Source: Squalus acanthias (lineage: Eukaryota). Taken from it: DNA of 64,000 bases. Shown piece after piece: positions 12,165 through 26,009 of this stretch. The stretch is from contig CM059446.1 of NCBI GenBank assembly GCA_030390025.1, positions 15,500,001 through 15,564,000 on the forward strand, given 5' to 3'. The notes beneath the pieces are model-generated. The model saw only the letters and a list, made by a program, of their open reading frames with translations, was not told the DNA's origin and did not search any database. A program made the position numbers and the translations under genes. Each line of letters starts with the position of its first letter. The first letter of the stretch is position 1.

Positions 12165-12495
12165 GTCATACAATACTGTAGCATAAAGACCAGAAAAGCC
12201 TAGGTTTAATCTTCTGTACATGCTGATTTGGTTATAGTCACAGTTGGCCACTAATTTTGGCTTCAGGGTTTTTGCTCTTGATCACTATCTAGTAATTGGT
12301 TCTGCAAAATATAGTTGTGTGGATGTTGGGTGAAGAGGGATTCTTCTCAGCTGTGATGGCTACTATGATCAAATAACCTGCTGACCGTCGCTGTCCAGGC
12401 TCACACATGATAAATGACCTTTTGATAAGGTACTGGAGGCCTCTGGCACCTGTCGAACCATAGATCAAGCAGAAGTCACCACCTTCAAGAGTTTG
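12165..12495 (+). mobile_element. Ancient SINE-like dispersed repeat (family unassigned)
   Basis: Similar blocks occur at about 18215-18490, 45690-45970, 52735-53015 and 55545-55780 (all minus) and 63190-63790 (plus). Confidence 0.5.
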
Positions 12496-13350
12496 GCAAA
12501 AGAATTGGGGGAGAATAGGGTGTGCCTATTTCTTCCAATCTGATACCCATTAGTTGCAAGTGACTCTCTTCCTGTCCTGACTTACCTGCTCTCTGGGGAA
12601 AATGCTACACTACCTTTTGTGGAATTAAAAGGATAAACTTCCAAAAAATATGTAATTAAAATGCTTGCATCTGGGACACTGTTAACAATGGGGAGAATAT
12701 CTTGGGGCTTGGGAAACATTTTGATATGCCTGTTGGGCATGAAGCATTTTGAATTGGCTTGAATTTCCTCTTTGCATTTTTTTTAAATGCATAAGCTATT
12801 TTTACATTCACTACAATGCAAAAGCAACCAGTCAAATTGCGAAAAAAAATTCCAAACTCCATTGAGCAACCATGTTGCTTGTCTACCACCCCAGTAAAAA
12901 ATACTAAATGCATAAACACAAAGATTTACTTTGTTTAGAAAAATAAGAATTGTTTATGCTGTATACTGCCGTATGCTAGAAATGCCTGAAACATGGTCTG
13001 CATGTGGCCAGATTGGAACTACAGAATATTATTTTTTAAATGGAGGGAAAAGCATCAAGAGTAGAAATTACCATGAGATCCCCAAAGTAACAAATAGTAG
13101 CTGCAGTCGACTTCCACTTCAAGCTGAATGAATAGTTAATTGTGGTGAATTTCAGTATTCTGGAGATAAAGTGGACAGAGCAGAGAAATGATCAGTAGTT
13201 GCAAAGTAGGTGAAACCTTGTATTCTAAAGATGTGTTTTGGCAAACTAGGTGTCTGACAGTTAGGAAATTCCATCATTCTGCTTAAAAGACCTCAAACCA
13301 AAATATGGAGAAATCCACGTAAGTAGAGTTCCGTTTGCCTGGTATGGAAT

Positions 13351-13360
13351 GCTCGCTCGC

Positions 13361-13409
<49 letters not shown>
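13351..13409. repeat. Compound microsatellite (GCTC)6(TC)n
   Basis: Read directly from the sequence. Confidence 0.95.
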
Positions 13410-13411
<2 letters not shown>

Positions 13412-14059
13412 CTCTCCCCCTATAGGGACACATCCCACTTATCAAACCTCATAGAAATTAGGAACAGATAGGCAGAGCCAAGGTCTAGGGACTCCCCAAG
13501 TGCATATTGTTGGAGTTTAACCAGCTAAAACCATGCAGTTTACCTTGCATGTCGTATTCTTCCCACTGTTTGTCCAGCCTTGGCTACCATATCAGTTAGG
13601 TTTTTGAATTTCAGAGTGTATATAGTCTTCGTATAGAATGGGCTTGATGGGTTAAATTGTTTGCTCCATATTTCCTCAATAAATACATTTGCCTTACAAG
13701 AATGGCAGTATCTTCAAACATGGTGTTCACTTCTCTAGGTGTAGTTCTGTTAAATATTTTTTTCGGAGGGAAAAATTGCATTGCTTTTTAAAACCTTGAT
13801 GACGTCATAATTTACAATTCCTTCCTGAAGAAACTTTGTAATTAGGAGGTTGAACAAAAGCTAATGTCAGTCAAGTTGTTCCAAAATAACTCCTGGCTAC
13901 AGTTTACACATCCTGCATCCAGGTTCAAAAATGATTTTGAACTTTTAGCACCCGCGATGGTACTGGTTTTATACCCAGACAGGCCATAGTTTTTACACTA
14001 AGGGTTTGAAGATTTATACCCTCTGCCCAGAGTAAATGGTGTTGAAGAGTTAACCCGTC

Positions 14060-14385
14060 ATCTTCGACAGGACCTCCCAAACCCGCGACCTCTACCACCT
14101 AGAAGGACAAGGGCAGCAGGCGCATGGGAACACCACCGCCTCCAAGTTCCCCTCCAAGTCACACACCATCCTGACTTGGAATTATATCACCGTTGCTTCA
14201 TCGTCGCTGGGTCAAAATCCTGGAACTCCCTCCCTAACAGCACTGTGGGAGTACCTTCACCACACGGACTGCAGCGGTTCAAGAAGGCGGCTCACCACCA
14301 CCTTCTCGAGGGCAATTAGGGATGGGCAATAAATGCTGGCCTTGCCAGCGACGCCCACATCCCATGAACGAATATTTAAAAAAAT
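14060..14385 (+). mobile_element. 3' end of the same LINE family as 1700-2337
   Basis: Highly similar to the reverse complement of about 1705-2015; ends in an A-rich tail. Confidence 0.88.
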
Positions 14386-15926
14386 AATCAGGGCTGTGCA
14401 AACGTTTTATCTTAGTGAGCCACTTAGCTCTCTACCATGGAGTCCCCTGTGCCACACATAAGTAATGAGAATACAAAACAGCAAATTCACATTTAGAACC
14501 TAATTTTAAATAAACAATGTAAGCATTTTATATTATTAAATGCATTCTTTTCACATACAAACATTTCTCCATAAGGATATTAAATTGCTACATTTTGCAT
14601 ATTTATCTACTTACAAAAGTCTTGCATTCAATGTTCGTCTGTCACACTTCTGACATTACACTTTGGAGGTCATAATCACAACTTGGAGTGTCAAAATTGT
14701 TCCTGAAAAACAGAGAGCCTGTCATTTGTTGCTGGACTTTCTGACCTTGAAAATTTGTCCTCATCTCCAAAAGCAGGAGCCAGGAATTTATAAGCAACTT
14801 TTAATCCGTAAAAAATTCCATCAACAATTATCTGACCTTCATTCTTTTGCCTAATGATCTTTTCAAGATCATTTCTAAGGTATTCTGGTGGTTTATGTGT
14901 AAATAAATACTGATGTACTTCCTCGCTGTCTCTGCTCTCCCTGATATGGTGCTGGCGCTCTGCACTGTCTCAATCTCCTAAACATTTGGACTCACTATGT
15001 TCTTTTTCCTCCTACCCACCCACCACCAGCACAATCAGCATTTTGACTGCCTATACTTTGTGTAGTGCTGGAGTTGCCTTGAATTTTGTGACCTGGGTGT
15101 ACTGGAAAGGTCTGTTCCCAGTGCCGCATCTTACTGGTGGATTTCGAGTTTATGCAGCAATGGACACAACACTGAAAATGGATTTTTCCAATCTTTCAGG
15201 CTAGCAAAATTCAAGCAGGCAAACCATTACAAATTGCGCAGCCAGTGCCTGCAGGCTGTATTTGGGTAATCCAGAGTTAAACATTTTATTGGAGTTGAAA
15301 TATATTTTTACTTGTATTAGTGCAGCAGCACCCTGTGGAAAGTTATTCTTCAAGATAGCAAATAGAACAAATGTTAATTATTGGTTGTTTCTAAATATTC
15401 CTGACGTTTGGAAAACGGATGCCTTGCTAAATATATCAATGGTGGTTTATGTGTAAATAAATCGACAGTTCAAGGGGATTTTCTGTGATGGAGAATGTTT
15501 AAAGTGTTGCGGCTGTTAATCTTGGTCACTGGCATTTTGTATAGTATCATGCATTCATGTTAAGATTACATCAGTTATCCTGTTAAGGCTAAAAGGCACC
15601 TACTTGGGAGAGAATTGACTGGTTTCTTACTTGTAAAAACATTTTTAAAGGAGGCATTATTTCAAAGATTTTTTTCAAAAAAAGGAATTTGACGTGTTGT
15701 TTTCAAGGTGAAGAGGGTCAGCACTGAGCAGTGAAACATTTTCCCAGTGTCATTCTATGTTGCATGAAGCCAGATGCAGAGTGAAGGTGTCCAATAGTAT
15801 GCCTCAAACCCAAACCCTGAAGAGCACACTCCCTTTTCTCTCCTGCATCCCCCCCCAAAAAATAGCAGTATGGGCCTATACCCCGCTGGGAATTGGATTG
15901 CAACTATCCATATTTATTCCATGTAC

Positions 15927-17215
15927 CACAACAACTTGTATTTCTATAGTGCCTTTAATGTAGAAAAATGTCCCAAGGCGCTTCACAGAAGTGTAATCTG
16001 GCAAAAATCAATACTGAGCCAAAGAAGGATATTAGGAGGTGTGACTAAAAGCTTGGTCAAAGAGGTGGGTTTTAAGGAGGGTCTTAAAGGAGGAGAGGAC
16101 AGTGGAGTGGCAAAGAGTTTTAGGTAGGGCATTCCAGAGCCATAGGGCCGATATGGTTGATGGCACGACTCTCAACACAGAGGGACTGGAGGAGTCGAGA
16201 GGAGGTATATAGGTAGAGCTGGTTATGGTCAATGTGTATGTGGAAACTGATCCTGTGTTTTCAGGTGATGTTGTCAAGGGGCAAATACTGGGATGAAAGA
16301 AGTGGGGGACGCATAAGAGGCCAGAGATGCAACATCGCAGAGTTCTCGGAAGGTTGTAGGGCTGGAAGACGTTACAGAGATGGGGAGGGCTAAGGCCATA
16401 GATGGATTTGAACACGAGGATGAGATTTTTAAATTTGAGGGTGGAGGCAGGGGGAACCAAGAGCCAATGTAGGTCAGTGTGGACCGAGCCAATGGGTGTG
16501 CAGGAGACAGGATACAGGCAGCAGAGTTTTGGATGAGCTGGTTCATGGAAGTTGGAGGATGGGAGGCCGACCAAGAGGACATTGGAATAGTCAAATTTGG
16601 AGCTAACAATTACATGGATAAGGGTTTCATCAGCAAGTAGGCCAAGACAGAGGCAAGTTATGTTATGGAGGTAGAAGTAGGCGGTTTTTGTAACGAAGAG
16701 GATATGGGGTCAGGAGCTCACGCCGGGTCAAATAGATGCCAAGGTTGGGAACGGTCAACCTCAGGCAGGGAGAAGGATGGAATTGGTAGTAAGGGTTTGT
16801 GGCAGGAGCCAAAGACGATGGTTTTGGTCTTCCCATTGTTGAACTGGAGGAAATTGCAATTCATCCAGGTCTGGATTTTGCTCAAGCAGTCTGACAACCC
16901 AGAGACAGTGGAGGAGTCAAGTGAGGTGGTACGAAGGTAGAGCTGGATGTCGTTAACGTATATGTGGAACCTGGCCCCGTGTCTTCAGATGATGTTGCCA
17001 AGGGGCAGCATGTAGATCTGGAAGAGGAAGGGTAGATCCTTGGAGGGTCTCCAACGGTAACAGTGCAGGGGTGGGAAGAGAAGCTGTTGCTGGAGGGGCT
17101 CTGGCTAGGATTGGATCGGTAAGAATGGAACCAAGTAAAGGCAATCCCACGGAGGGGAGGCGTTGGAGGAGAATGGTGTGGTCAACCATATTGTAGGTTG
17201 CAGAGATGTCGAGTA
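15927..17215 (-). mobile_element. L2 LINE remnant (fragmented RT to 3' tail)
   Basis: Minus-strand LLDISATYNMVDHTILLQRL, IQNSAACIL and LWNALP..SSFKTLLKTHLFDQAF; L2-type tail at about 15930-15990. Confidence 0.82.
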
Positions 17216-17619
17216 GCACCTTTGCAACTAGAATAGAGAAGAACTTCCATTAAATTATTCTGAATTAATTCAAACCCGCTTCAAGAGCGAAAAGGACAGT
17301 TTGCTTTAACTTGCTGTGCCACTCAGATAAACAAATAAAACAAACCTTTTGCAACTAGATTTTTTTTTTAGTTTACAAAATTTAAATTCAACGGTGCCGG
17401 GTCTCAGGAGGCTGGTTTCTCCAATTATGCGAGAATTTATTTTCTCCCGCCCTGAAAATTTATATTTGGGGAGAAGTTGGGCCATAGGTGGGCAATCTTC
17501 TGTAGGCGAAAGAAAACTGTCTTTGCGACAGACCAAAGCTGGCTGTGAAAAGCTGGACACTACTAGATTTAGCCTGCGAAGGCAACCAGAGAGGAGTCGG
17601 TGTTGGGGACCAGAGGCAC

Positions 17620-17770
17620 ATAGGTGTTGGTGAGGCCTGAAGCAGATAGCTTTGGCATTGCCAACATTGAGCTGTAGGAAATGAAGTTCTTTCCAGGACT
17701 TGATACCCAAGAGGCAGTTGGAAAGTATCACTGTGTCGAAGGTGGAGGTGAAAAAGTCGGCATACCCCTG
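17620..17770 (-). mobile_element. L2 RT fragment
   Basis: Peptide YAD..LSNCLLGIKSW..FLQLNVGNAKAI. Confidence 0.65.
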
Positions 17771-17780
17771 CAAACAATTA

Positions 17781-18200
17781 CAGGAAACTTTTGTTTATCC
17801 GGCACCCAAATATCCGGAATTCTCGCTTAACCGGCAAAAATCATCCTCCGAAAACTCCTCTCAAATAACCGGCAATGTTGCCGAGTCGCAGTCGAGTCTC
17901 CCCGAACGCCGAGTACTCCGAAAACTCCTCTCAAATAACCGGCAATGTTGCCGATCCCGAGTCCGAGTCCGCGAACGCCGATTTTAGTCAGCAGGGGTAG
18001 TTTTCAAAAGTGCCACTACTCGGCCTCCTGGCGCTGTCGGAAGTCCGAAACACTGCAGTAGCAGGAGTTGATTCTCCCGCGCTGCCTGGAGTCTCTTTGT
18101 TAAAAATAGCCTCGGTAGATATAACTCTCCGTTATCCGGTACTTTCGATAAACCGGCACCAGGCCGGTCCCGTCGGTGCCGGTTAATAAAGAGTTTCCTG
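17781..18200. mobile_element. pogo/Tigger-type MITE with TA TSD and an internal 70-bp tandem duplication
   Basis: TA|CAGGAAACTTTTGTTTATCCGGCACC ... GGTGCCGGTTAATAAAGAGTTTCCTG|TA (22/26 TIR match); CpG-rich. Confidence 0.88.
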
Positions 18201-21200
18201 TACTTGTATTAGAGTATGGTTCACAGTGCCAGTACCCATCAAGTGGCCGTTCCTCATTTTGAGGGTTGGTAGGTTATTTGACTACAGGGAAGGGTGGAGT
18301 CGCAGACGAACCGGATCTTATCCTTGTAGAATATCAACATAGGTGTACTTTTTGCCAGAAGTCACTGCATAGTGATCAAAAGCAGGAACAGAGCTGTTTT
18401 TTTGTTTCTTTTCTCCCCCGACTCCCTACCAGAAACACAAGGCCAGCCGCAGCACCCTCAGTGCTAACTTGACTGAGATCAGTTCGAGTGCTGGTCCATA
18501 ATAACTGCTTTTAATGAAGTCACTATAACCAGAAACATTCGTTTATATGTGATTTTGGTTAAATCAAATATACTTTTTTTTTCATTATTTGACAGCACTT
18601 TACTGTTGCCTTTAACTCAATGATGCTGCTATGCCCAATAGTGTCTTGAGGAAGTTACCAGCTCACCAGCTGATGTACATTAAACATACAATACATCCTC
18701 TGGAACTTTAAACGGGCAATCATGGCATCCAAGTATCTGGGAGCCGCCAAAGTGTGCTGCTTCAGACATGAAAATGTCCTTGGTTGTTTTGGGTAGTCTT
18801 TAATAACCAATATTTAGTCTTATCTATTCTGTTTGAATAATATTTTTCCTGATAAAATAAGAGGGAAGAAAAGTTTGAATATGCCAATAACTTTGTTATG
18901 CAGGATTTTCTGTTATTAGCAGTTTTGAAATAAGTGGTTTCGACTGTGTGAAGGAGTGGTTTGTGAAGTGTCAGTATGCTTTTAAAATGGCATATATTGT
19001 ACGTAAGGTCAGTGAAGTTGCTTGTGAGTACAATTAGAATTTTACTATGGGAAGTAAAATCTGCTGCAGATATTTCTGTGACTACTATGTAGCGCTGACC
19101 TTTTCTGGTCTTGCTGAAACATTTTTTTTAAATGTACCATATTGGTGTATCAGTTCATTTAACGTGATAACTGAAATACAGTATATTCTGCACTAACCGA
19201 GGAGAGTCATCACATTTTACCCAGCAGGTGGTTTCCATCCAGCTTGGTTCTACAGTACCAGGGCCTAGAGGGGATTACCGGCATGAACAGCAGTTTGCTT
19301 TTGACAGCAGCATGTCCTTGTTGCTATTGATTGGGTTGTTCAGTGGAGTGAGAAACATTGATTTAGTCTTAAAACTGGTAGTTATGTGATAATCTTGAAG
19401 ATAAATGGATGTCAAGTGAGGTATTGGTGGGATGGAATCAAATACACTTGGAGTTATTTACTCCTATATGGCAGCAATAATACTTTAGTGGTGTTGAATT
19501 GTAGCTGCACTTGCGAGATCCTTGACAGCACCATTAACTAGGAAATACGCACATCATGCATAGGTTGTCTTATGCACAATGACCCATTTGTGCAATTGCA
19601 GATTCAGTTGAGAATGATTTTTTTCCCTCCATTTTATCCCCTTCATTTGCTCATAAAGACATTGATTCCTTGCTGAGATATGCTCACATGGGTGCCAGCC
19701 ACTTTCCATAGTGCAGCCAAGTGGCCATTACTCGTGTATGAGCCTTGACAGTAGATCTCAGCCATCTGTTTGAGAGAGGCATCAGATCACGTAAATACAG
19801 CAACTTCACGCTTTACAATGTATTTCCATGCTGAGTGTCTTAGCGCGGCTTTTGATTTCCACGTTAAACTGCGCATGTGCAGTCGCCGGAGGTTATTGTC
19901 CAATTTACACTTTAATAGCGGTGAATGCTGTTTGCCTCACCGTTATTTCTACAGCAAAATCTGGCCCATAATCCCCTTTGAGCTCATTCCTTTTGTTATG
20001 GTTATTTGTTTTAGAAATTTGTTGCATGGAAAATATAGACTTCTGCAACACTTCTCTGGTAATTGTTTTGTACGTGATTTGGAATCCGAGGAAAAACAAG
20101 TAAATGTTGGATGTACGTTTCCTTACAGAATCCTTTCCCCGCCCCACTAAAAATGGCAGGCAGGGAATGCTAACCCTAATCCAGCTCGAAAGTTGTGAAA
20201 GTGGGATCTAAGGTGACTTGGTCTTTTATTTATTTCTTACAAGGACCTTCAGTCACTTGCCAATCCTACATTGAAATCCCATGTGATTTGGCATGGGCTT
20301 GTGGTCATGAATAAAGTCTGTTTTCTTTCCCCCTGCCCTTGCACTTAGAACAAGGAACACTTAGAACAGGTTACTGAATGTCAATGTTACCAATGTTCTG
20401 TATTTTTGGGGTGTTTGTCCAAAATCTTCAGATATTAGCCTCTGGCAGGCATGTCCAAGCTTATTGTCTTTGGGTGGCATAGTTGTGTACCGTGGAGCCT
20501 TGAAGCTATAAAGTAAATCCACCTTCTTATTTATGTATATACATCTCCAGTTACTGATATTAACAGATCTTGGTGTTCTGACTTGGGATTTATCTACCAG
20601 AGGCAATAGCACTAAGAACAACAATTTCCAAACCATCATGCCCTCAAAATTCAAACAGAACAAAAAGTACAGTGAATTAGAAATACAAGTTGCCTAATGT
20701 TCAAGGCACAGATGGCTGAGGCCAGTGGGCCATCGGCTCAGTTAGGACACCCCTGCTATAAGGAGACCGAATAAGTCAGATGCACTTTAAAGTTTTCAGG
20801 TTATAGTTATAGTTAAGTGCCTGAGGCTCAGGATCAAATGCTTTTTTTCTATTTTGTTATTATGGCAGCTTATTTACATGCTTGAAATCTATTACGGACT
20901 TGGCCCTAATATTGAATATCACTTCCCTTGTTATATATAGTGCGGCTGAAGTAGCTGTGAATCATTTACTTGAGGGAAGCCTATTTTCATATTTTTCAGG
21001 TAGAATTGCAAGTGCCTTGGGTTTAAATGCCAAGAAACTCTTACCAATACAAGTTGCTCAAATTGGGAACTGCAGAAGTTCTTATAGAGAAAACCAAGGC
21101 ACATGAGGTGTCAATTAAAATGCTGAATTGCTCATTTTTACCACAAGAAACCTAATAAATTTTAGGAACAGGAAAAGCATATTCGACCAAACCACACTCG

Positions 21201-21388
21201 TATATTAATCCCACCTATTCTTGTTCTCGCATATTCCCCAATCTCTGGAAACTCGTGCAATTATCAATTACTGATTTACACCATCAATGGTGTCTCTGGT
21301 AGCTTACTTCATAACTCTTATTACTCCCTTGCAATTTGAACTCTTCACCATAGTGAACAGTTTGGCTTGATCAATTTGCATTTGAACT

Positions 21389-21412
21389 CCCCCCCCCCCC
21401 CCCCCCCCCCCC
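21389..21412. repeat. Poly-C run (24 nt)
   Basis: Read directly from the sequence. Confidence 0.95.
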
Positions 21413-21629
21413 GGCCACAACCCCCACTTAACAACCAGATATTTACTTTATGGTTCACTACAGTTTAGGTGCAATGCCTTGTACACAAGGTTGAAGAAGG
21501 GGATTGTAAACCGCAAGTCTGGCATGCTCTGTAATGGCCAGCCTTGCTGTTAATCAATACAATTAAATGTGCATGTTGTAGGCACAAATGTATGCTGTGA
21601 GATGCTGCCTGCAATTTAGTGAGTATGTC

Positions 21630-21898
21630 AGTACTTGAGCTCATCCAGAACTCTGCTGCCCGTATCCAAACTTGCACCAAGTCCCGTTCACCCATCACCC
21701 CATCGCTGACCTACAGTAACTCCTGGTCCGGCAATGCCTCGATTTTAACATTCTCATCCTTTTCAAATCCCTCCATGGCCTATCTCTGTAACCTTTGTTG
21801 ATTAGGACTGTTGCTCATGTGAAATATAAACACCAACATGGAAAGTTTGGGTCGAACAGCCTGTTTCTGTGTTGTAATTGCTATGTAATTCAATGTAA
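21630..21898 (+). mobile_element. L2 fragment followed by a CR1-type 3' tail
   Basis: Peptide LELIQNSAARIQTCTKSRSPITP, then ...cctgtttctgtgttgtaattgctatgtaatt. Confidence 0.65.
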
Positions 21899-22082
21899 CA
21901 TCAAAGTTGTTATAGTCAGTCACTAAGATTCAATGCGGAATAGGTAAGCTGCAGAAAACTGAGTAATCAAATTGCCCTTTTTTTCAATGTTATCAATCTT
22001 GAACATATGAAAAGAAGAATGATCAAAGACCATCAAACCAACTCCATTCAGTCAACTATGCACACTGTTCCCCTACCCCCTT

Positions 22083-22130
22083 GCAACACTATCTTCTGAG
22101 CGGGAAGCAACACTATCTTCTGAGCGGGAA
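22083..22130. repeat. Perfect 24-bp tandem duplication
   Basis: gcaacactatcttctgagcgggaa x2. Confidence 0.95.
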
Positions 22131-23194
22131 ACAACGTTGTCAATTCAGGAAAATCCCTGGGAAGTTCCTCTCCAACTCTCTAAGGCAGTCAAGCAAGCTC
22201 CAGGATACTGTGGTTTCCCATGACTCATGATAATCACAACTAACTAACAACTTGGCCCCTAAAACTGAAAATGCTCTCCTCTCTCTTAAGAAATTGTCAT
22301 TGTCAGTTGGACTGTAACAACCCACGCTCACTGCATAACTTGGCAGTTTGTTCCAAAGGGCAATTTTTTTGGCATCTAACTTCGATTTGTCTGCTGATTT
22401 TTATAGGCATGACCTTGAGTCTCATCATTCTGTTTCAAATAATCTATCTAATCAGGGTGTACCTAATCCTTGCTCATCAATTTAAGAACTTCAAGCCTGT
22501 GAATAAACCTAACTCTTGGAGCCTATTCTTAAAACTAAGAACTCTAAGATTTAGTATCATTGTTGTCAACAAATAATTTACTCTTCCTGCTGCACTTGGC
22601 TGCTCCATATCAGACCACTTAAAAGAAGTATAGCTACAGTGTTCTGTTGCTCTTCTCGTGTGTTAAAATTTGTTGCTCTTCCATTGTCTATAACACGTGC
22701 CAAGGATCAACCTTGGACCAAGCACATACTCTAGTTGCATCAAAAGCATTTCAATTCACTTTTGTTGATCAGTATCATCCCTTTCAATTGCAGTGGTATC
22801 CTCTTTTACAAATAAAGCTACATCCCTGCCTCTGTGACCCAACCTATCTTTATGGAATACCATATAACCTTTCAACTGCATGTCTGACCCATCACTAATG
22901 CAACCAGGTTTCAGAAATACCTAGTAAATTCTTTATGGAAACACATGCCTATAATTCCAGCATTTTATTTCTAATACTTCTAGTATTAGCATAAAAAACA
23001 TTTCAAGGAATTCCATTTGTTGCCAGTCATTTGAGGTGCATCATAACCGAACAGAAGAATCATTGGTTTTAGTGAACGGCTGGAGACATGGACAGTAAAA
23101 GAAAAGCTTCTGTTTGTTTAAAAAAATACAGGATATTTTTTGGGGAAGTATGTGGTTCAACGTCATTCTTTGGCCCCCAGTATCCCAATGGCTT

Positions 23195-23450
23195 CAGTTT
23201 AAAATTCTCTGCCTCATGGCCTAGCACCTCCCTATCTCTAACGTCCTCCAGCTCTTTAACCTGCCAGAACTTTCTCCACTATCTGGGCCGCACACTGGAA
23301 TTCCCTTCTTTAAACCCCTCTGTCTCTCCAACGCCCTTTCTTCCTTAAAGACCCTCTTTAAAACCCATGACTTTGACGAAGCTTTTGGTCAGCCCTCCTA
23401 ATATCTCTTCCTTTGGCTCCTTTTTGCACCTTTGTCTGATTACATCTCTT
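23195..23450 (+). mobile_element. L2 3' fragment
   Basis: ctggaattccct..ccttaaagaccctctttaaaaccca..tttgacgaagcttttggtca resembles the other L2 ends in the window. Confidence 0.65.
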
Positions 23451-26009
23451 TATGCTGATGATATTGATGGATAGCTGAATTTTCCCAATGCCTGTAGATT
23501 TGTTAATGAAACTAAGCTACTCTGTTCAGTTATGAGCAGATATTTACCAATATATATGAAACAAAAAGCAAAATGGAGTCACTCAAAGTCAATGTGCCAT
23601 AATTCCACGTGTACTTTGTAATTAGGTTTAATCAATCGGTCTTTTTGTAAATCATTCAGTCTTAACTGTCGTCTGGTTTAAGAAATGTATTCACCTTGCC
23701 AGTAGCTGTTTCCAGGTTTTCACAGCTGTACAGCATGGTTTTGATTTTGCAAAAATTTAAATATGTTTTTAAAGTTACTGGAAAGTAACCAGAGACTTAC
23801 TAGAAAGCTGTGTGTTGTGTAATGTGTAGTTTTTTTAAGTGCCTTTAATAATTTTGATTACCTTGATAGGACTTTATGCACAATGCAAAGAACTACAATA
23901 TATAGGCAAAGTATTAATAGTTCAATGTTTTGTCGCTGATTTCTGTTGTGAGGTGAAGCTTTTGGCAGTTGTCGTATCAATCAAATCTAAAAAGTTACCA
24001 ACCAACTTTGTATTGAAAATTCTGATACAGATGTGATAGTCTTTTATCGATTGCCAAATAGGAACCAAACTTTGAAAGTGGCTCAGTTTCCTAATTGGTG
24101 CCTGTTGTATCCATTTAGTTTACAGCTTAATCAGTTATTGACTTCCCCATAGGAAGTACTTGACCTGTGCAGGGCACCTCCCCATAATTCAGCAGAGTGC
24201 ACTTTCAAAAAGGCAACTTCCCATCTGTGGCACCATGCTTTGATGTTTCTGTGCCTTGTGCTGCTGCTATAGGGCACAAGAATCATAAAGTGTAAACCGA
24301 TTGGGGTTTTTTAAATGGAACAGTGCCAAGTTTTTGAAAATTGATGTCCTTTTTATAATTTATTTTTTGATTGACTGCTACTTGAAATATTTTCTCCATC
24401 TCCACCCATATAGGCAGATATTTACATATTACAGTGTAATGTTCTTTTCGGGACGGGGTGGGAAAGGAGATTAAAAAATCTAACATCAAAAATAACTTAT
24501 GGTTGGTGCATTAACTGCATGTACACTTCAGTTTTAAAATGAAAATGAATTAGAACATTTTATTTAGCTTTTCTTATTTATTTTTTACTCAGCCTTGCTT
24601 TTTCCAAAGGTGGTCCTTATTTGTTTACCAGTTGATTACAGACAGGAAGCTTTTGATCTTTTGTATCATTGGGTGATAAACATTTGTCTGCAGTACATGA
24701 AACACTGAAGAGGTTAAAAGCAATTTCCTGCAATAAATTACCGAGGTAGTGACTTGAGGAAAATGCTTTTTTTCCCTCAGTACAATATGTGTAAAATGTG
24801 ACTTCTAGCTTATCATAGGTCATTGTTGTTGGTCATTGTTCATTGCTCTGTATGCCCATAGGTTTAGGATCATACAAGATTAGGTTTATTAATTCATGAA
24901 TACTGCTGTAGGGAAAATGTCAAGCTGGTGCGAACATTGCAAGCTTTTGTCATCGATTAGATGTGCTGTTATTATCTGAGCCTCAAATGCAGGAAGCTGC
25001 CAAGCTTTCTGTTAAGAAAAAGTCAGTAAAAAAATGATCAACTAGGTATTAAACCATTCATGAAATTCTCTAAAGTGACTGGAGAAATACTGAGAAGATG
25101 GGGGGGGGGGGAGCGAGGTTGAACAAGGCTATTTCTAAGTACTGTTTACTTGTCAGTTTATGTGTTTGTCATTATGTCTGTAACTTGGCTTCATGAGGGT
25201 TGCAATATCTCTTCAGAATTGCATTCTGAAGTGAATTTTAGTCAGTCAAACAATACAAGTAAGCATTCTTAAGTTATGATTCTTATTTCAGTAATAGTAA
25301 TTGTCTAGCCCAGGGGTGTCAAACTCAATTTACATGGTGGATATGATCTGACATTCTGGCACTTGGCATTGGCCACAATCAGCAAAAGTTATTTGGACAC
25401 ACTGGGGTAGAAGGTGGTACGCGTTCTGTTCGTTTTTTGGGTGTAGAACGGGTTCAGTGTATACCGGTTTCTGGGTGCGAGGGCTTGCACCGAATCTGCG
25501 CTTGCGCCATATTAATCATCACTGTTTTTAGGCATCCCTGGCAGCTGCCTGAAATCAGCGTTGGTTCAATTTAAATGTGCAAAGAAGGGTCCTGCAACTA
25601 TTTTAGGACTCTTCTGCAAAATGCGTGGAAAAACTAAGTGGAGCATGTGCCATGCAAGCTCTGACTAGTTTTTCCAGTTCTACAGCGGCCTAAATGGGAC
25701 CCCTTGAGGCTGCTAAAGAAATGGTAGGGAAAGTTTTTTTTTTACTTCCCCATCTGTGGAGTGTGGAGGAGCAGGAGTGCGCTTCCCAACTCCCCACAAA
25801 CTACTATGTTCCGCTGCCGGCCAGACACTTCCCTCCTGAATCTCCGTGTATTGGAGCTTATGATGCTCCCTGAGTGCAGTGAGAATTCTCAGTCTCTGTC
25901 CCCTTGTTCCCCATTTGCCCATCAGTGGAAACAATCTTTCACTGTTTACCCACAGTAAGGTCCCCAGGTTTCACTCACCCCTTTACTGGCTGTTCCTCTC
26001 TAGGCGCCA

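Noticed and set aside
20170-20180. Telomere-like CTAACCCTAA
   Set aside because: Fewer than two full units; expected by chance.
25311-25404. hAT/Charlie-like mini element (CAGGGGTGTCAAAC...TTTGGACACACTG), and a similar pair at about 14389-15274
   Set aside because: The TIR match is weak and the 8-bp TSDs do not match; not enough support to call.
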